NCBI GenBank assembly: GCA_965649765.1
Contig: OZ287754.1
Coordinates: forward strand, 61,504,001 to 61,568,000
DNA: 64,000 nucleotides
Direction: 5' to 3'
Origin: Bispira polyomma
Lineage: Eukaryota
Shown: positions 1 to 13,525 of the stretch, piece by piece
Layout: each line of letters begins with the position of its first letter
Numbering within the stretch: position 1 is the stretch's first letter
Notes under the pieces: model-generated
Database searches by the model: none
The model's input: the letters and a program-made list of their open reading frames with translations, nothing else
What the model was told of the DNA's origin: nothing
Program-made: the position numbers and the translations under genes

Positions 1-420
1 TGTGGGTTGAAGTGAAGATAAACTGTGAGAACCCAAAAGTGTCGAGGAAGTTGTTGAAATCTTTTGTTATAGTATTTTCTATGTCGACCTTGATGTTAAA
101 ATCACCAAGGATGATAGCTTCAAATGGGAGAAGGTTAAGGGTCTCTAGGAATTCGGAAAACTCTTGAGTAAAGGTAATTAAAGAAGGGATGGGTCGTCTG
201 TAAAAGAAGGAAACTAGGAATGAGTGATAACCATTTGAAATTTTACATGAAATGTGTTCAAAAGATGAGTAGGACTGGTTGTTAAGAATTTCACAGGAAA
301 GGGTATTTTTTACAAAAATAAATAATATTTAGCCATGACAGAGTTCAGGATCTGGGACATAAGAACTCTAAATTGAGCAGTGGTGTATCAGAGTAAGATG
401 GTTAATTGCGAGAGTTTTGT
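1..420 (-). mobile_element. Degraded LINE (L2/CR1-like) AP-endonuclease fragment, running off the window start
   Basis: Reverse strand translates to ...AIILGDFNIKVDIENTITKDFNNFLDTFGFSQFIFTSTH, with the GDFN motif of APE-type retroelement endonucleases. The right boundary is approximate. Confidence 0.65.
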
Positions 421-729
421 TGTTCATTGTGATGAAACCCTGCTGCACATAACCCTAAATAATATTTTATGCCTAGAAGCTGCATTTCAATGGCTACTTA
501 CTCATGTGATCCTGGCATCGCATATTACAGCTACCTCTCAATATAGCTAAGCCAGTTAGCAAGCCTCCACTGTCCACTCACATCCCACACTGTATCTATG
601 TCACGGACAGTGTCACACCACCACCATTGACTAGGGCAAAGGTCAACCAACTTCAATATCACCTGAAGTAGATTCCTTTCCACTCCCCCACATTATAGGG
701 GGGAAAACCCAGAGCCAGAGCTAAAAATC

Positions 730-2372
730 TTCTTTTTTTCATTTATACTATTTTACACTGCCATTTACAAGATATTGGATACCCCCAACAGTAGAGATAT
801 CCATGACATTTGTACATTCCACAAAAACTTCCTTAATGACAGATTTTTCAAAATATATATACATGTGTACATTTACACAAAGAAAAAATAGTAACATTGT
901 AATACAAAACTGTGGTTCAATTTAACTCCATATGATATCTAGAAATTTTTAAATCTTTAAACATACAAAATAACAACCTGTTGGACCTAAAATAGGATGA
1001 ACATAGAGCATACATCAGTATTTAGCTTAAGATTTTTATAGGTTCGGGAATAGGTTATTCCATCTCTCCCACACCTTTGTGAAGTCATCATAATTTAAAT
1101 TTATTTTAGCCAAATTTTATTGCTCCAAATTTTTATTACTTCTTCAAGGCAGTAAAAATTTAAAGGGACCTTCTTGTGTGCACACCAGAAGATATATTTT
1201 CTCGTTAAAAGTAGTATAAAATTCAATGGCTTATAATTTTGGTCTTGTATAACATATCCAAAGATTTTACTTATATGTACATAGAAATTGATTTTGTTTT
1301 TTATCCAAATTTTAACATTATTCCATAGCTCTTGTGTTAGCTTACACTCAGAGAAAAGATGTTTAGTAGTTTTTACATGTTGACCACAGAGGCCACAGTT
1401 ATTGGTGTCTTCAATCTTGATTTTAAAAAGGTAATCACTTGTTCCAAGTATGTTATACAAAATTTTGTACTGGAACCATATGACAGAATTATCTTGAATT
1501 GTTTTAAAGCAAATTTTATAAATTATATGCCACATTTCGTCATTTATTACAGAGCTCATTTTCCTTTCCCAGTTTAACTCGCACTTTGTAGGTGCTTTCC
1601 TTTCAGCTTGAATCATACAGTTATAATATATCTGACTGCCTATTTTCTTGTTAAAGAGGGGTTGCACAAGGAATGGCCGATGTAGTACAAAATGATTTCC
1701 TTTTAAATGTTCTGAAATAAATTTTTTTAGTTCAGACCTTATTCTAAAATATTCTAAAATTTTGGAAAAACATGGTTTCTTTGGAAATATGCTCATTTAA
1801 CCAGATACTAGATAGAAGTATATCAGTATTTGATTTAATTTGCTGATGTTTACAAAATTCTATCCAAATTTCAAAAACATTTTTCCAAAAGGGGTTCATC
1901 TTTTTTAGGAGGGTTTTGCACCAGGTCTATCCCATCGTAAATAACCTGTCAGTAGAATATACCATGGGGATTTATTACTTTATTCATCCAAGTAAGCTTT
2001 AGTGATTTTTTAAAAATAAACATTGACTATATTTAATCCACCCTCTAATTTGTCTACACAGATATCCTGTTTATTAATTTATCTATTTGTTTATTCCATA
2101 AAAAGCCATACAGCTCCTTATTTATACTCTGCAATATATCTCTAGGTGCTGGTATAGAAATAAAAAGGTGGTTGAATTTAGAAAGAATCAAAGTCTTTGT
2201 GATTGCTATTTTACCCAATGGAGTTAGGTATCTCGAATTCCAAATTTTAATAATACTTTTGGCTCTATTGAGAGCCTTGTAATAGTTAAGCAGAGGAATC
2301 TGTTTTAGATTTACTGAAAAGTCAGTTCCTAATAAACTGAAAGCTGTATTTCCCCAATCTAAGCTAAATATC
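730..2372 (-). mobile_element. L1/Tx1-clade LINE 3' fragment (RT C-terminus and zf-RVT zinc-binding region), decayed
   Basis: ORF 1101..1796 contains WFQYKILYNILGT...CGLCGQ...KHLFSEC...LW. Upstream reverse translation gives LTPLGKIAITKTLILSKFNHLF-type text. A T-run near 731-739 may be the poly(A) end. Confidence 0.85.
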
Positions 2373-2373
2373 T

Positions 2374-2967
2374 TTAGTGATTGAAAGAAGGTTTAAATAC
2401 GACACCAAAAACATGAAAAAGATTATGAAAGGAATGCATCATTGAACGGTTGGTCTTTAAACTACACCGGAAGGAATGCAGAGATGGATCCGTCCTAATG
2501 TGTTGAGGTAAACTATGCCATAGAGTAGGAGTATCATTTGCAAAACTTTTATCAAAGTGATTCTTTGACCTTTGTACTTTGGACTTATATTTTAAAACAA
2601 GAAGGAACTTACTTTGGGGAGAAGCTCGCATACATAGTATAAACATTAAAATTGTAGTAGCACAAGTGTGGTTTTAAGCATTTGGGCAAACATGAATCAA
2701 GAAACTTATATACTATTGTAGCAGTCTTGAAAACACACTGATACTTAACAGCCAGTAAAATCACTTTAGAATAGGTGAAACATGTGAAAGTCGAAAAGAA
2801 CAACTGACCAGGCATGCGAATGAATTGCGGATGCAATTTATTTAGGTCCTTTTTTAGTCAAACTGCGAAACAGTGAATTGCAGTAATCCAGTATGCTGCT
2901 TACCAGAGCATTTGCTGCAGTTATTGCAATTGATTTTGGTATGTGCCTCATAATTCTCCTAGGGTCT
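2374..2967 (-). mobile_element. L2/CR1-clade LINE 3' fragment (3' part of a MITE-interrupted copy)
   Basis: Translates to ANALVSSILDYCNSLF..., FKTATIVYKFL and SFANDTPTLWHSLP, homologous to the 52962..53657 ORF. Confidence 0.85.
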
Positions 2968-3725
2968 CCTCAAGCGAGCACACAACTTGATTTCAACTTA
3001 GAATTGAGATTGATAATTGGGCGTCGATAACACAATATCAACCTTAATTCCACGTCTATAAATTTCTATCAATTCATAGTGTTACTACTGACTTAGAAAC
3101 CAGGTTGATATATATTCTGTTCTGAGCACCATTTTTACTTGGCTTATTTGTTTTGCTGATGTATGCTTACAGTTGTGGTATGCTAAATACTGTATATTGT
3201 TTTAATCTGATAAGGACCTTATTAATTGTTTTAGTACTTTTTGAAGACATACTATAGTGTTAATTGGACTTTTATGAAAAGAAAATTACTGGATACATCA
3301 CAGTCAACACACAAATGTTGATGAAACAAAATATAAAATCAACGTAAAGGTAATATGTTATCCCCATGAATTCAAATTGGACTGCTTATTATTTCAATCT
3401 TAATCCAACACAATTCTCCAACCTAAAATCAACATGGTTTCAACCAAAAATCAACATTATTTTTACCAGAAATGACCATGGTTTCGACAAGAAATAAACA
3501 TGGTTTCCACCTGAAATCAACATGGTTTCAACCTAAAATTAACTTAGTTTCAACCTCAAATCAACATTGTTTCAACCTCAAATCAAGGTGGGTTTAACCT
3601 GAAATAAAAGTCATAAATCAAACCTCAAATCCAAGTCGGATACTAAGTGAGTTTTTTCACCCTAAAACCAACTTTGATTTTATCACTTGATTCAATGTTG
3701 AACCAACGTTGATGTGCTTGCTGGG
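2968..3725. mobile_element. Non-autonomous DNA transposon (MITE) with imperfect CCCAGCAAGCAC-type TIRs and ~21-22-bp subterminal repeats
   Basis: Left end cctcaagcgagcacacaacttgatttcaac versus reverse complement of right end cccagcaagcacatcaacgttggttcaac. Repeats of aacctaaaatcaacatggtttc at ~3400-3680. The flanks rejoin into continuous L2 coding sequence. Confidence 0.7.
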
Positions 3726-4100
3726 CTAAGACTCATGAAATTCCTCATTTTATCCGTAGGAATAAGTTTCCCAAGAATATTTACTGGACAACAAGCTAAT
3801 AGTTCGATCAGCATGTGTGCCAGAGAGGTAAACCAGGTGTCAAGCATGCAGAATTTAGTTGGGGAACTAAGTTCTAACATGATCTTCAGTAGCTGAATCA
3901 AGTTTACAGCAATATTTTGGAGCCACATCAAGTGAGACAGTTGACCTAGTTGATTTTGGAAAGCTTTCCCTGATCTTCTCAATTTTTTTTTAAAGAACTG
4001 GCTAAACTTATTTACCGAAGTAATATCTTGCTGACCTTCAGGTAAAATAGTCTCTGGTTTCCTGTGCAATACATTGTTTAGTTGATGCCATAAGTATAAA
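3726..4100 (-). mobile_element. L2/CR1-clade LINE fragment (5' part of the MITE-interrupted copy, internally deleted)
   Basis: LWHQLNNVLHRKPETILP...PTDKMRN matches LWQKLNNTLHRKKQTILL...PADKVRN of the 51-53.8 kb L2. Confidence 0.8.
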
Positions 4101-4629
4101 AGAAAAATGAAGTACATTATCCCTCACAATATTTTATGATTTTCCTGCCAAAACCACATTACTATACATTTTAGTTATTATTTTTTATACGACCTATATG
4201 ATATAAATTGAAATGATAACATATAATTCAGAAGCCTTGGCTCATTAAACTGGATCATATTTTATACAAGTATTAGCACTGTCTAATAAATGTTTAACAC
4301 ATACAGATGGCAGAACTCGTGTAGTTGAAGCTCAATATAATAGAGTATTATTCAATATTATTATTAATGCTTAATAATAGAGGAACAGAAAAACAGTATA
4401 AAAATGTTTAACACATATAATCTGCTGACATAAACATTGGTATTACCATACAATTACAAATAAAGGTTTTGCGTTACATCTTATCAATATAATTTTTCAC
4501 CTCTACTAAATAAAACTTAAATGCTAAAATATGAAGCAAATTTGAAGCATCTAACAAAAAGGTAGTCTTGCATTAATCATAATCCTTTATTTTGGTCAAA
4601 GTAACTGAAATAATAAAATGTATTTAGCT

Positions 4630-5375
4630 TGACTCGCCTTTGATTTCTCACTTGCTAACCATGTTCAATCAGTTTCTAGGGCTTGCTGTATCCAGTTGAG
4701 AGATCTGAGACAAGTGAGACGGTACATGTCTACCTGCACTGCACCCATGGTGGCAAATACCCTGGTCAGCAGTCGCCTTGATTACTGTAACTTTCTTTTC
4801 AGAGGTCTCGTTGGGATTGACCTGCGCAAGTTGCAGTTTGTGCAATACAGTTTGACTCAGATAGTAATGAGGAATTTCAAGTTTAATCACATTACTCCTG
4901 TTTTAAAAACCCTCCATTGGCTGCCTATTGAGTATATAGCAATATTCAAAACTGCTACTTTAGTCTATAAATATCTCAATTCAGGTCTCCATCAGTAATT
5001 CAGTCTTTACTTGTCTCCCTATACATGTCAACGCAATACAAGGCCTAGTAGGTCTGAAAATGCTTTATTAAGTGTCTCTACCCTTGTACGATCAGTTCAC
5101 GAGTCAAAAAGACATTCTACCAATAGTTTCTCATATGATTCTCCTAAGCTGTTGAATGATCTGCCTCATGATATTGGCACTACCGCTTTGTTTGTCTTAG
5201 GAAAACCTATCTATTTAGCAAGGCCTTTCCACCTTAGCCTCCTTACCCTTTTTCTGTGTCTCCATGGTCACGTCCAATGGCTGTATGAAATTGTCAAATG
5301 ATTTTCTGTCCCCCTTAAAATCTGCTAGCACAGAGATAAGCGCTATAAAAGTTAGATTAAATTAGATTAGATTAG
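4630..5375 (+). mobile_element. 5'-truncated L2/CR1-clade LINE 3' end with (TTAGA)n tail
   Basis: VANTLVSSRLDYCN...HITPVLKTLHWLP, ending in aagcgctataaaagttagattaaattagattagattag like the 53.8 kb copy. Confidence 0.9.
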
Positions 5376-6234
5376 CGATCACTACTTTAATTAATTTCAC
5401 AATTTAAAAGTAATTTCACCACTGGTTGTGCTTTTTTTTTATAACATTCTGTTTCTGGGAAACTAAACTTTAGACTGGCTGCCTATACCAGTATGTATAC
5501 CACTTGCATGGCTTCAGTATTCTTTATTAACTCTGATATAAATGTAGTGTATAATATATATAGTGTCATTAAATACGAGAATAAGTCTATAACATTCTTT
5601 TTATAAATGTAAGAGTATCTATGTTGAAATGTATATGATCAAACACACATACATAGACAAGTACACTATTTATTTTGATATGCCTGATAAGGTGTGTTCT
5701 ATTGATATCTAATTCAATGCTGTAAAACAACTACTACTTAAACTTTTAATCAGATTAGTAGGCCCTTTTCTTACATAATATCTTTATATGTTAACATTTA
5801 TATAAATATCACTTGTCTATAAAATACCACATGTAGGACTACTATTAAGGGTGGTTGCAGATAAGGGTTGATTATCTTGATAAATTTGATATATCTTGAT
5901 ATACTTATAACATGTAACATCTTTAAATAGTAATATATAAGGCATGTTCGGCTTTACATAATATATTAAAATTGATGATTTTAAAACATAAGGCCCAGTT
6001 CACTCTCTCAAAGTATAATGTATTTTTACCTATTTTGTTCTGTGTTAAAAAATATTTTGGAACTACAATAAACAACATGTTATTAGCACCTGAACTGAAC
6101 AAATTCGATGACTAACTTCAACCTGGAGATATGGACTTGTGTACTTATTATTAAAGTAAATGGAATTCATTGCTGGTGGAAGGGCATCAGAACTTGCTTT
6201 GGCATGGGGCCAGAGAACTCAGGACAAGTGACAT

Positions 6235-6506
6235 TGTCCATAAAATAAACAGGTACGAGTACATCATGACAAAGTTATCCTTAATGGAGCGACACTTAGC
6301 AAGGATGCCTGGCTGCCAAAACCTGTAATGGAAGTCTATCTACCTGTTTAATCTGTATTCCCCACGAATAATGTCCATAAAATAAACAGGTACGAGTACA
6401 TCATGACAAAGTTATCCTTAATGGAGCGACACTTAGCAAGGATGCCTGGCTGCCAAAACCTGTAATGGAAGTCTATCTACCTGTTTAATCTGTATTCCCC
6501 ACGAAT
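6235..6506. repeat. Tandem duplication, 137-bp period, 2 copies
   Basis: tgtccataaaataaacagg...ttccccacgaat at 6235-6369 is repeated identically at 6372-6506. Confidence 0.95.
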
Positions 6507-7122
6507 CACCAGCAGCAGGACTGTCTGTATTTTTAAGGAATATATGACGTCCATGAACTTAATGGCTGTTGACAATAACAATGGATGAATGTTTAAGCAG
6601 AATGTTTCTGCCTTTGTTATTGACATGTAACATATGCAAAGGGACGTTTAATCCTGAGTCTTCCCCGGCATCAGCCATGTTTATCTATGTTTACCTCCCC
6701 ATGAGGTCATTGTAAGTGACCCTGTCTGCCTCAGCATCCATCATAGTGGTATACACCTGACCTACCACTACAGGATCTGAAACCCTGTTGTCGCAGATAT
6801 CTCTTAGTAAGTTGGGAAACCTGTCCATAGGAGCACTAAGTTAATGGGTACCAACCATATGACAACTGGTGAATGTTATTTACACTGTTGTTGTATTTGC
6901 TTTAACTATGTTAACTATGTTATTTTACTATGTTGTTATTTGTTATAACTATGGTGCAGACATTGGCAATTGATGAATGTTTATGCAGACTGTTGCAGCA
7001 TGTTCGTTTTAACTATGATATTGTTGTAATAAAGACTTTTTTTATGAACTTGGTTCACATTAAATTTGTTTGAATATTAAACAGTAAACATTTTAGCTAC
7101 AAGAAATAATTTTAGGACATTA

Positions 7123-7335
7123 CCCGTGGTGCTCTGGTGGTCAGAAGCGTCTACTGCGCAATTATTGGCCTCTTACCAATGTGGGTTTGAATCCTATCGG
7201 TTCCTTCAGGTGGGAGAGTTTGTCAGGTGCCTACCATATGTCTGTGGTGTACACTGTTTCAGCACTGGTGTCCTGCAAAATTGATTCTGGCCATCACAAT
7301 ATCCCTAAGCTACTGAATTCAACTAATTTAAAATT
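7123..7335 (+). mobile_element. Old tRNA-derived (Meta-like) SINE
   Basis: A-box-like tggtgctctggtgg, B-box-like ggtttgaatcc, and a central gtgggagagtttgtcag block like the other SINE copies. Confidence 0.6.
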
Positions 7336-8122
7336 TGAAAGATACACAACCTAAAGACGAATAAACATAGCAGTGATTTTTCTATATAATGAAGGAGGCG
7401 AATCCTTTTCCCAAATAATTGAGATTTCCCCCTGGTCAGATGGAACTCTGTGAAGCAGTTTGTGTGTGTAGTAAAAGCTAACTGTCTGTTCGATGTCCTA
7501 AATATACAGATTGTAACTGTAATCAGATTAAATAAACTGTTAAATAATTATATTTATATGCTTAATAAAGCGTATACTGAAGTACTATGAATTACACATT
7601 TTCGTCTGTCCCAAATAATAAATTGCATAAGCAAAGTAATAATTAGTCGTTCATATTTGTTCTAACTCTCCACAAAAGATTTCTTTCATAATTGATCACC
7701 TAGATAATAAGTAAACAAATGAACTGTACCAAGTTACGGTATATTGATTCTTTGCCTAAAAGAAAAAACAACAATGTTTGCAGACAAATACTTAATCCAA
7801 TCCTATAGGCTGTATATAATCAATATATAACCTATATATAATTCTAACAATATCTAATAACAAGTGATATATTGTCAATACAACTAGTTGAAAATCTCAT
7901 TATCACTAATGAAATATGTGAGAGACTTTTAATGTTAGCACATGAATAGAGCTATGTAAATATATTACTCGATATATAAACTGTACATTAGATACTGTTT
8001 ATTGCATAATAATAAAAATACTTCTGTATACATGTCAGTGTTTATAAGCTATATAACCAATCACTTTGAAAAGAGTAGCACTGTTACAATATAGGATACT
8101 ATTTGAAGTTGACTCTGTATTT

Positions 8123-8126
<4 letters not shown>

Positions 8127-8180
<54 letters not shown>
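8127..8180. repeat. (AT)n microsatellite
   Basis: Directly visible. Confidence 0.98.
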
Positions 8181-8183
<3 letters not shown>

Positions 8184-9010
8184 ACTTCTTGAATCTTTCC
8201 TGGTTTATTTGCTGTAAAGTGAAATGATGTATATGGCTACATGATCCACAACAGAATGTATTCTATAAGCATAAATGAGTAAAGGTCACTCCACCTTTTA
8301 TATCAAACAAAGACTACAGTGTATTCTCAGTGGACTCACAAAAACAGGGCCTTGTGAGCTAAAAAGAAATGTTAATGGTTGTAAATACTACATACACATA
8401 TAACCGTATCTTGAGGGACTTACATACAAAATTATCTGTATTGATAATAGAGTTCATCTCTTCAACTACACTTTTGTAAAAAAAAACAAAAAAAAAACAC
8501 TTGTCAAAATCACAGTGTCCTTGATATACAGAGTAGGTATGGAAGGGTTTGAAGAAAGTTCAATATTGATGCAGATATAACTATATTTGCTGTGTGTGAA
8601 TGTAATATGAGACGTCAGAGGTGTAATGTAGCAAGTGATCATTAAAGTCACCACTTACACACGATTTAATTAACCTCTTAAATACATATTCACTAACTCA
8701 TACCTATAGACATCCCCACCCACACTCTGTGATAAAATCAGAGGGCAAAATAAGAATAAATCAGTTATGACAATAAACTGACAGAAAAGAATGGCAAAAA
8801 CTAGATCAAAGAAACTGTGTGTGTTTAACACTCCTTGAAAATCTACGTCATTATCAACAAAGGTCACGGAGATTTCGTCTGCATATGTTAAATAAACAGT
8901 TGCACCCATGTTTTGACATCAGATCATGTTGTAATGTCTGTTATATTACTACTCTACTTCAAATTTTATACTACGCTAAATACGAATACCAGCATATGAT
9001 GTGTCTGAGG

Positions 9011-9264
9011 GGGCAGCTGTGGCCTAGTTGTTAGCAAGCATTGCTCTTCACAATCATTGGTGTCTCACCTCTGGGCAGCGTGAGTTCAAATCACTATGTG
9101 GGAAAGGTGGTAGGTCCTTACTGTGGGCCGCTGGTTTCAGTGCATAACCTTGATCAACTGTATGCAGTGTTTCCTCCAGCGTTTCCAACTACCCGTCCCA
9201 ATATAACCTAAACAGGTACTAGAGTGGAAGTTAAATATCCAAATTAAAAAAAAAAAAAAAAAAA
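9011..9264 (+). mobile_element. tRNA-derived SINE (Meta-like core), poly(A) tail, 15-bp TSD
   Basis: A box tggcctagttg, B box gagttcaaatc, poly(A). Flanks atgatgtgtctgagg (8996-9010) and atgacgtgtctgagg (9265-9279). Same family as the copies at 26.2 kb and 38.2 kb. Confidence 0.9.
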
Positions 9265-10534
9265 ATGACGTGTCTGAGGTATATAACTGCCCTACTTAAA
9301 GTCACTTTACGTGATGGTAATGATACTTCATATTTGTAAATTTGGATTTCTTTATCTATTTGTATCAGGCACAGCAAGAAGTTTTTTTTTCTGAAAAGGG
9401 CGCCACCATTGAAAAAAGGAGCCGCCATCTTAAAAAATAATAAGGCATTCATGGATTCGTTGGAAGAAATTGAACCCGTCAAAACTGAGAGGTATCAGTA
9501 TTACAGTAGCCAATATCGACGTTAGTGTATTTCACACTGTGCACCTGTGTCTTTTTTTTTAAAAAAAGACAACTCTTGTTTAATCTTGAAGAATTTTTAA
9601 ATAGTATTGCTATTTCATCCTCTAAGGCACTTGTTCTCTGAGAAGGGATGGTGCTACCACATAGTATTAACAGTCCTCAGTAGGCAGTAATGATGTGTTC
9701 ACATCTGACTCAAGGATGCTAGCCCTCAGTAACTATAATGGCACTACCGAGAGTTAAACCAGGGACCTTCCCTAATCACCAGACCATCTTCATCCATAAC
9801 CACCATGTTATGGGCGATGTTGTGAAACTAAATTTAATTTGTGAAAAAAAGCATATTAAACAAAAATTACTTAAAATGACACCCTGTTGGTAGCTATATA
9901 TCAAAATGTAGTATAATCTCTGGTGTTTACGGTACTCACGACCAGTCACGAGTTGACTTAAATTACACCGTTGATCAGTTAAGATAGTTACTTATTGTAA
10001 AACTTCAGTGTCACTATTATGACGCTTGTCCCGCCCAGGTCTTAAGGGTTAAGCAGATTAGTCATTTTGTCTTTGAACTGTTTTAATTTTTTGCAGACCG
10101 TGGTTAGATTTCCGTAATCTTATGACACGTGTACTATCACACATTTTTTGTTTTGTGTAAATTGAGATTGAAAGATAGAAATTTCTAAAAGGGAAACTGG
10201 CGTTAAATTATAACTATGGCGTGCAGACAAAATGCTCATGGATAAATGCTGGTAAAAAATTTGAGTAACCATTTGTATTATATTTTAAAGATATTATATT
10301 TCTACTGAACGTAGTAGCAATACAGTTTAATCTGAAAAAAGGCTAAATTAAAGTCTAAAATTCAAAAATAACCTACTGAAAAATATAAAAACTGACATTT
10401 TGTCCACCCACAGCAAAAGCAGTCCAGCATTTTAAGAAAGGTGACAAAACAATGGAACTGCCTATCATAGTGTTCTCTTGTTGTGTATTTACATAAGTCA
10501 CACAAACAATATAGTATGGCAAATTTAGATAACC

Positions 10535-10775
10535 CTAGATTATGTTTTGACCCTTGTCCGTTAGTATGTTAGTCTGTCACCAGGTTTACACAAAAACTAC
10601 TGAACAGATTCACATAAAATATGGTGGAGCGATGTGACCTGGGCAGCTAAGGAACCATACAGTAACTCTTTTGAGCAGATCCGGGTAGCAGAGTGGATCA
10701 AGGATTTGTTTTTTACTTTGTAGAACTGGGTCACCTCAGCGGAGGTATACAGTCTACCGAGTGTCCCCCTGGTTA
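10535..10775 (-). mobile_element. Short non-autonomous Helentron-like element
   Basis: ttatgttttga...acaaaaactactgaacagatt...gcggaggtatacagtctaccgagtgtccccctggtt. Its terminus is the reverse complement of a related terminus at 16438 (aactagaatggcactacatagagtgtatacct). Confidence 0.5.
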
Positions 10776-13525
10776 ATAGGATGCATTTGTAAATCTGTCA
10801 ATGAAATTAGGATGTGAACGTCAGCAAGGTGTCTTTCTTCTATAAAAAAATAACTACATTACTTCTATATCTGTAGCAAAAAATTTATAAATTCCCCTAT
10901 ATTGCTTAATATAAGTTTATATCATTTTTACACAGAAATAAATTATGAGTATGGGTCAAACTATGTAGGCCGTATTTACTGTGGATCAGTCTGTCCATTA
11001 TTGATAAGATAAAGCCTGCAGAATAAAGTGAATTACATCGCCTTAGTGAGTTAGACCATTGCAAATCATGTCTTTAATCCAGGAATTCCGTGAAGTTGAC
11101 TGTGTTTTTTCTTATTTTACCAATACAATGGTAATTTATCCTAGTGTAAAGATTTGACTAATTGCTGAAACAATTTGACAAAAAGTTATCAAGTAAAAGA
11201 TAAGACAAGTGTGTGATAATTTGCCTGGCATTGGAATTGTCTGATATCCTGAAATGTACAGAGATTATCTCACTTCTTGACATTGGAGTAAGTATCATTT
11301 AACAAATGACCCACTTGGAAGACCCACTTGAAAATGTCAAAATATTTGTCACTTTTTGGTTCCCCAAGATTTGATTTACTTGGGCTATGTTATGGCAACC
11401 CAGTGAAAGCTGTACGGGCTGAGTATGTGATCCTTAGAGCATTTGATTTAGTGTGTGTAATCCTCATTTGTATATTCATGTTAGTATGCAAATTGGTACT
11501 ATCTTGTAATAGGTATAATGTTGTTGAAATACTTGACTCAGTGGCCTTAATACCTTTCAAAACAAATGTGCTTCTAGTCATTTTGCACTTTGGTGATTAT
11601 ATCTATTTTGTATCTGTTTAGTCAACCCTCTCAGAGTTCAGAGAAACATATCTAACAATACAACAAAACATTATTGTTACAAATGTATATGGGGTGTTTT
11701 ATTGTTCTCCAAAATGTGAGATGTTCAGGGGAATTAACTAAAATGTTAATATTTGAATATGCATGAACAATTTAAATGCTTATAGGAAATTGATATAAGT
11801 AAGTGTATGTTTAAGTGTTGTTTCACAACAGCCTGTAATACCTTGATCCTATTCTTTCTTTCAGTAACCACAGGAGGGGGAACAGACTTTCTGATTCCTC
11901 TATTAAACCCACACAAGAGGGTTGGATCTAGAGCTTTCTCTATCGCTTTCTGGTTAAGGAGAAAAGTTAAAACGTAGATAAATGGCATATTTCACGAAAA
12001 CACCCATTTTCTAGTAGTAGTTTTAGGTATTAGATAAATCTTTATTAAACTACACAGTAACTACTCAGTATCCTCACTTAGTGTTGTCCAGATATATAAT
12101 GATTTCTATTCTTGACCATATACCCTAGCCTTTCAGAAAGTTTGTCCCACAATAAGTTCTGTATTTTTTTTTTTTTTTTTGGCATACTGCTGTTAACAAA
12201 CCAACCAACCAAAATAACAACAATTGATGGGTCAAAGAAGAATTCATTATATTTAGGACTAAATCCCCATAGGATCTAGGAATATTTTCCATGTTTTGGC
12301 CCTGTCGTGCTTTGGAGAAGGTACGCGCTCGACTGAAATTGACAGGATTCTTACTTGGGCTTATGCTCAAAGCCCTCCCTCCACAAGGTTCGATCAACAT
12401 TGGTATAGTAGTCTTTGCGCAATCTTGCTCTCAGCACAAAACCAAGGAAATGTTTCTCTGTTTAATGCCCGCTATAATTATAACTTACCGTTAAATTCCT
12501 CTACTTCTGTAAACAATTGTTTTTTAAATTGGTAAGCCTGGAGTGACACACACCCAGAATGCAAAGACAATAACCTAACACCTATGGTCGTATTCTCGAA
12601 AGATCTCAATCTCAACTCAGATTCATGCTCAACCCTAAAGTCCCCATATCTCTGGCTAGAGTGAAGATAAGTAAAATCGGATTGCATATTTGAATTCAGT
12701 GCTGAAATCTCTATTGAAATGAATGATTCCAAATACAGATTTTCTCCATGTACAAGGACTTCCCTATTGCCTTCAATTGAGTTGAGACTGAGGTTGAGCT
12801 GGAGTTTCTTTGGAGAATATATGGCCTGGTATATTGTGAGATTTGTACTGATCTATACCTTAAAACTAAGTAAACACTCGCGTGTCCATTTAATTAGTGC
12901 ACTGTTATTCTCTGTCCACTCGTTTGTAGGGCAGTGTGTATGTAATAAGTGTGAGTGCATGTTTAAAGCAGACACCCCCTTTCTCCCATGAGTTTAGAGT
13001 ATTTTCTGGATCCAGTGTAATCAACACCACTCCAATCTGTCACGACCCATTTACACTATTCTAAGCTTATATAATACGGTCACCAACGGGAAGGTTTACA
13101 AATAAAGGAAATAATAAACAGGCCACAACCACATACACACATGGAGTGGGTGAGCAAACAAGCCATTTATCATTATAAACACTGTTGACAAGGAAGGGAC
13201 ATTTAGTGTGCAATATTATGTTACCTGGAACACACCTTTATCTAGCCTAGACTTTTTTTATCTAGCCTAGAACATTTATGTATAAAAGTAGACACGACAT
13301 CAGCTTTGAGTTCAGTTTCGGAGAAACTAGTCGTGAATGCAGAGGGAGAATTTCTAAAGGAGAATCTTTCTGACATAAACACAAGTAACTTTTATACACA
13401 GTTTGGAGAAAGTAGATGTGTATAATAAATATAGAGTCATATTGTAGTACATTAATTATCAACTACACATCAATAGAGTAACTCTTTCAGTCAGTTTTTG
13501 CTATTTATTTAGTTATATTGCTAAG

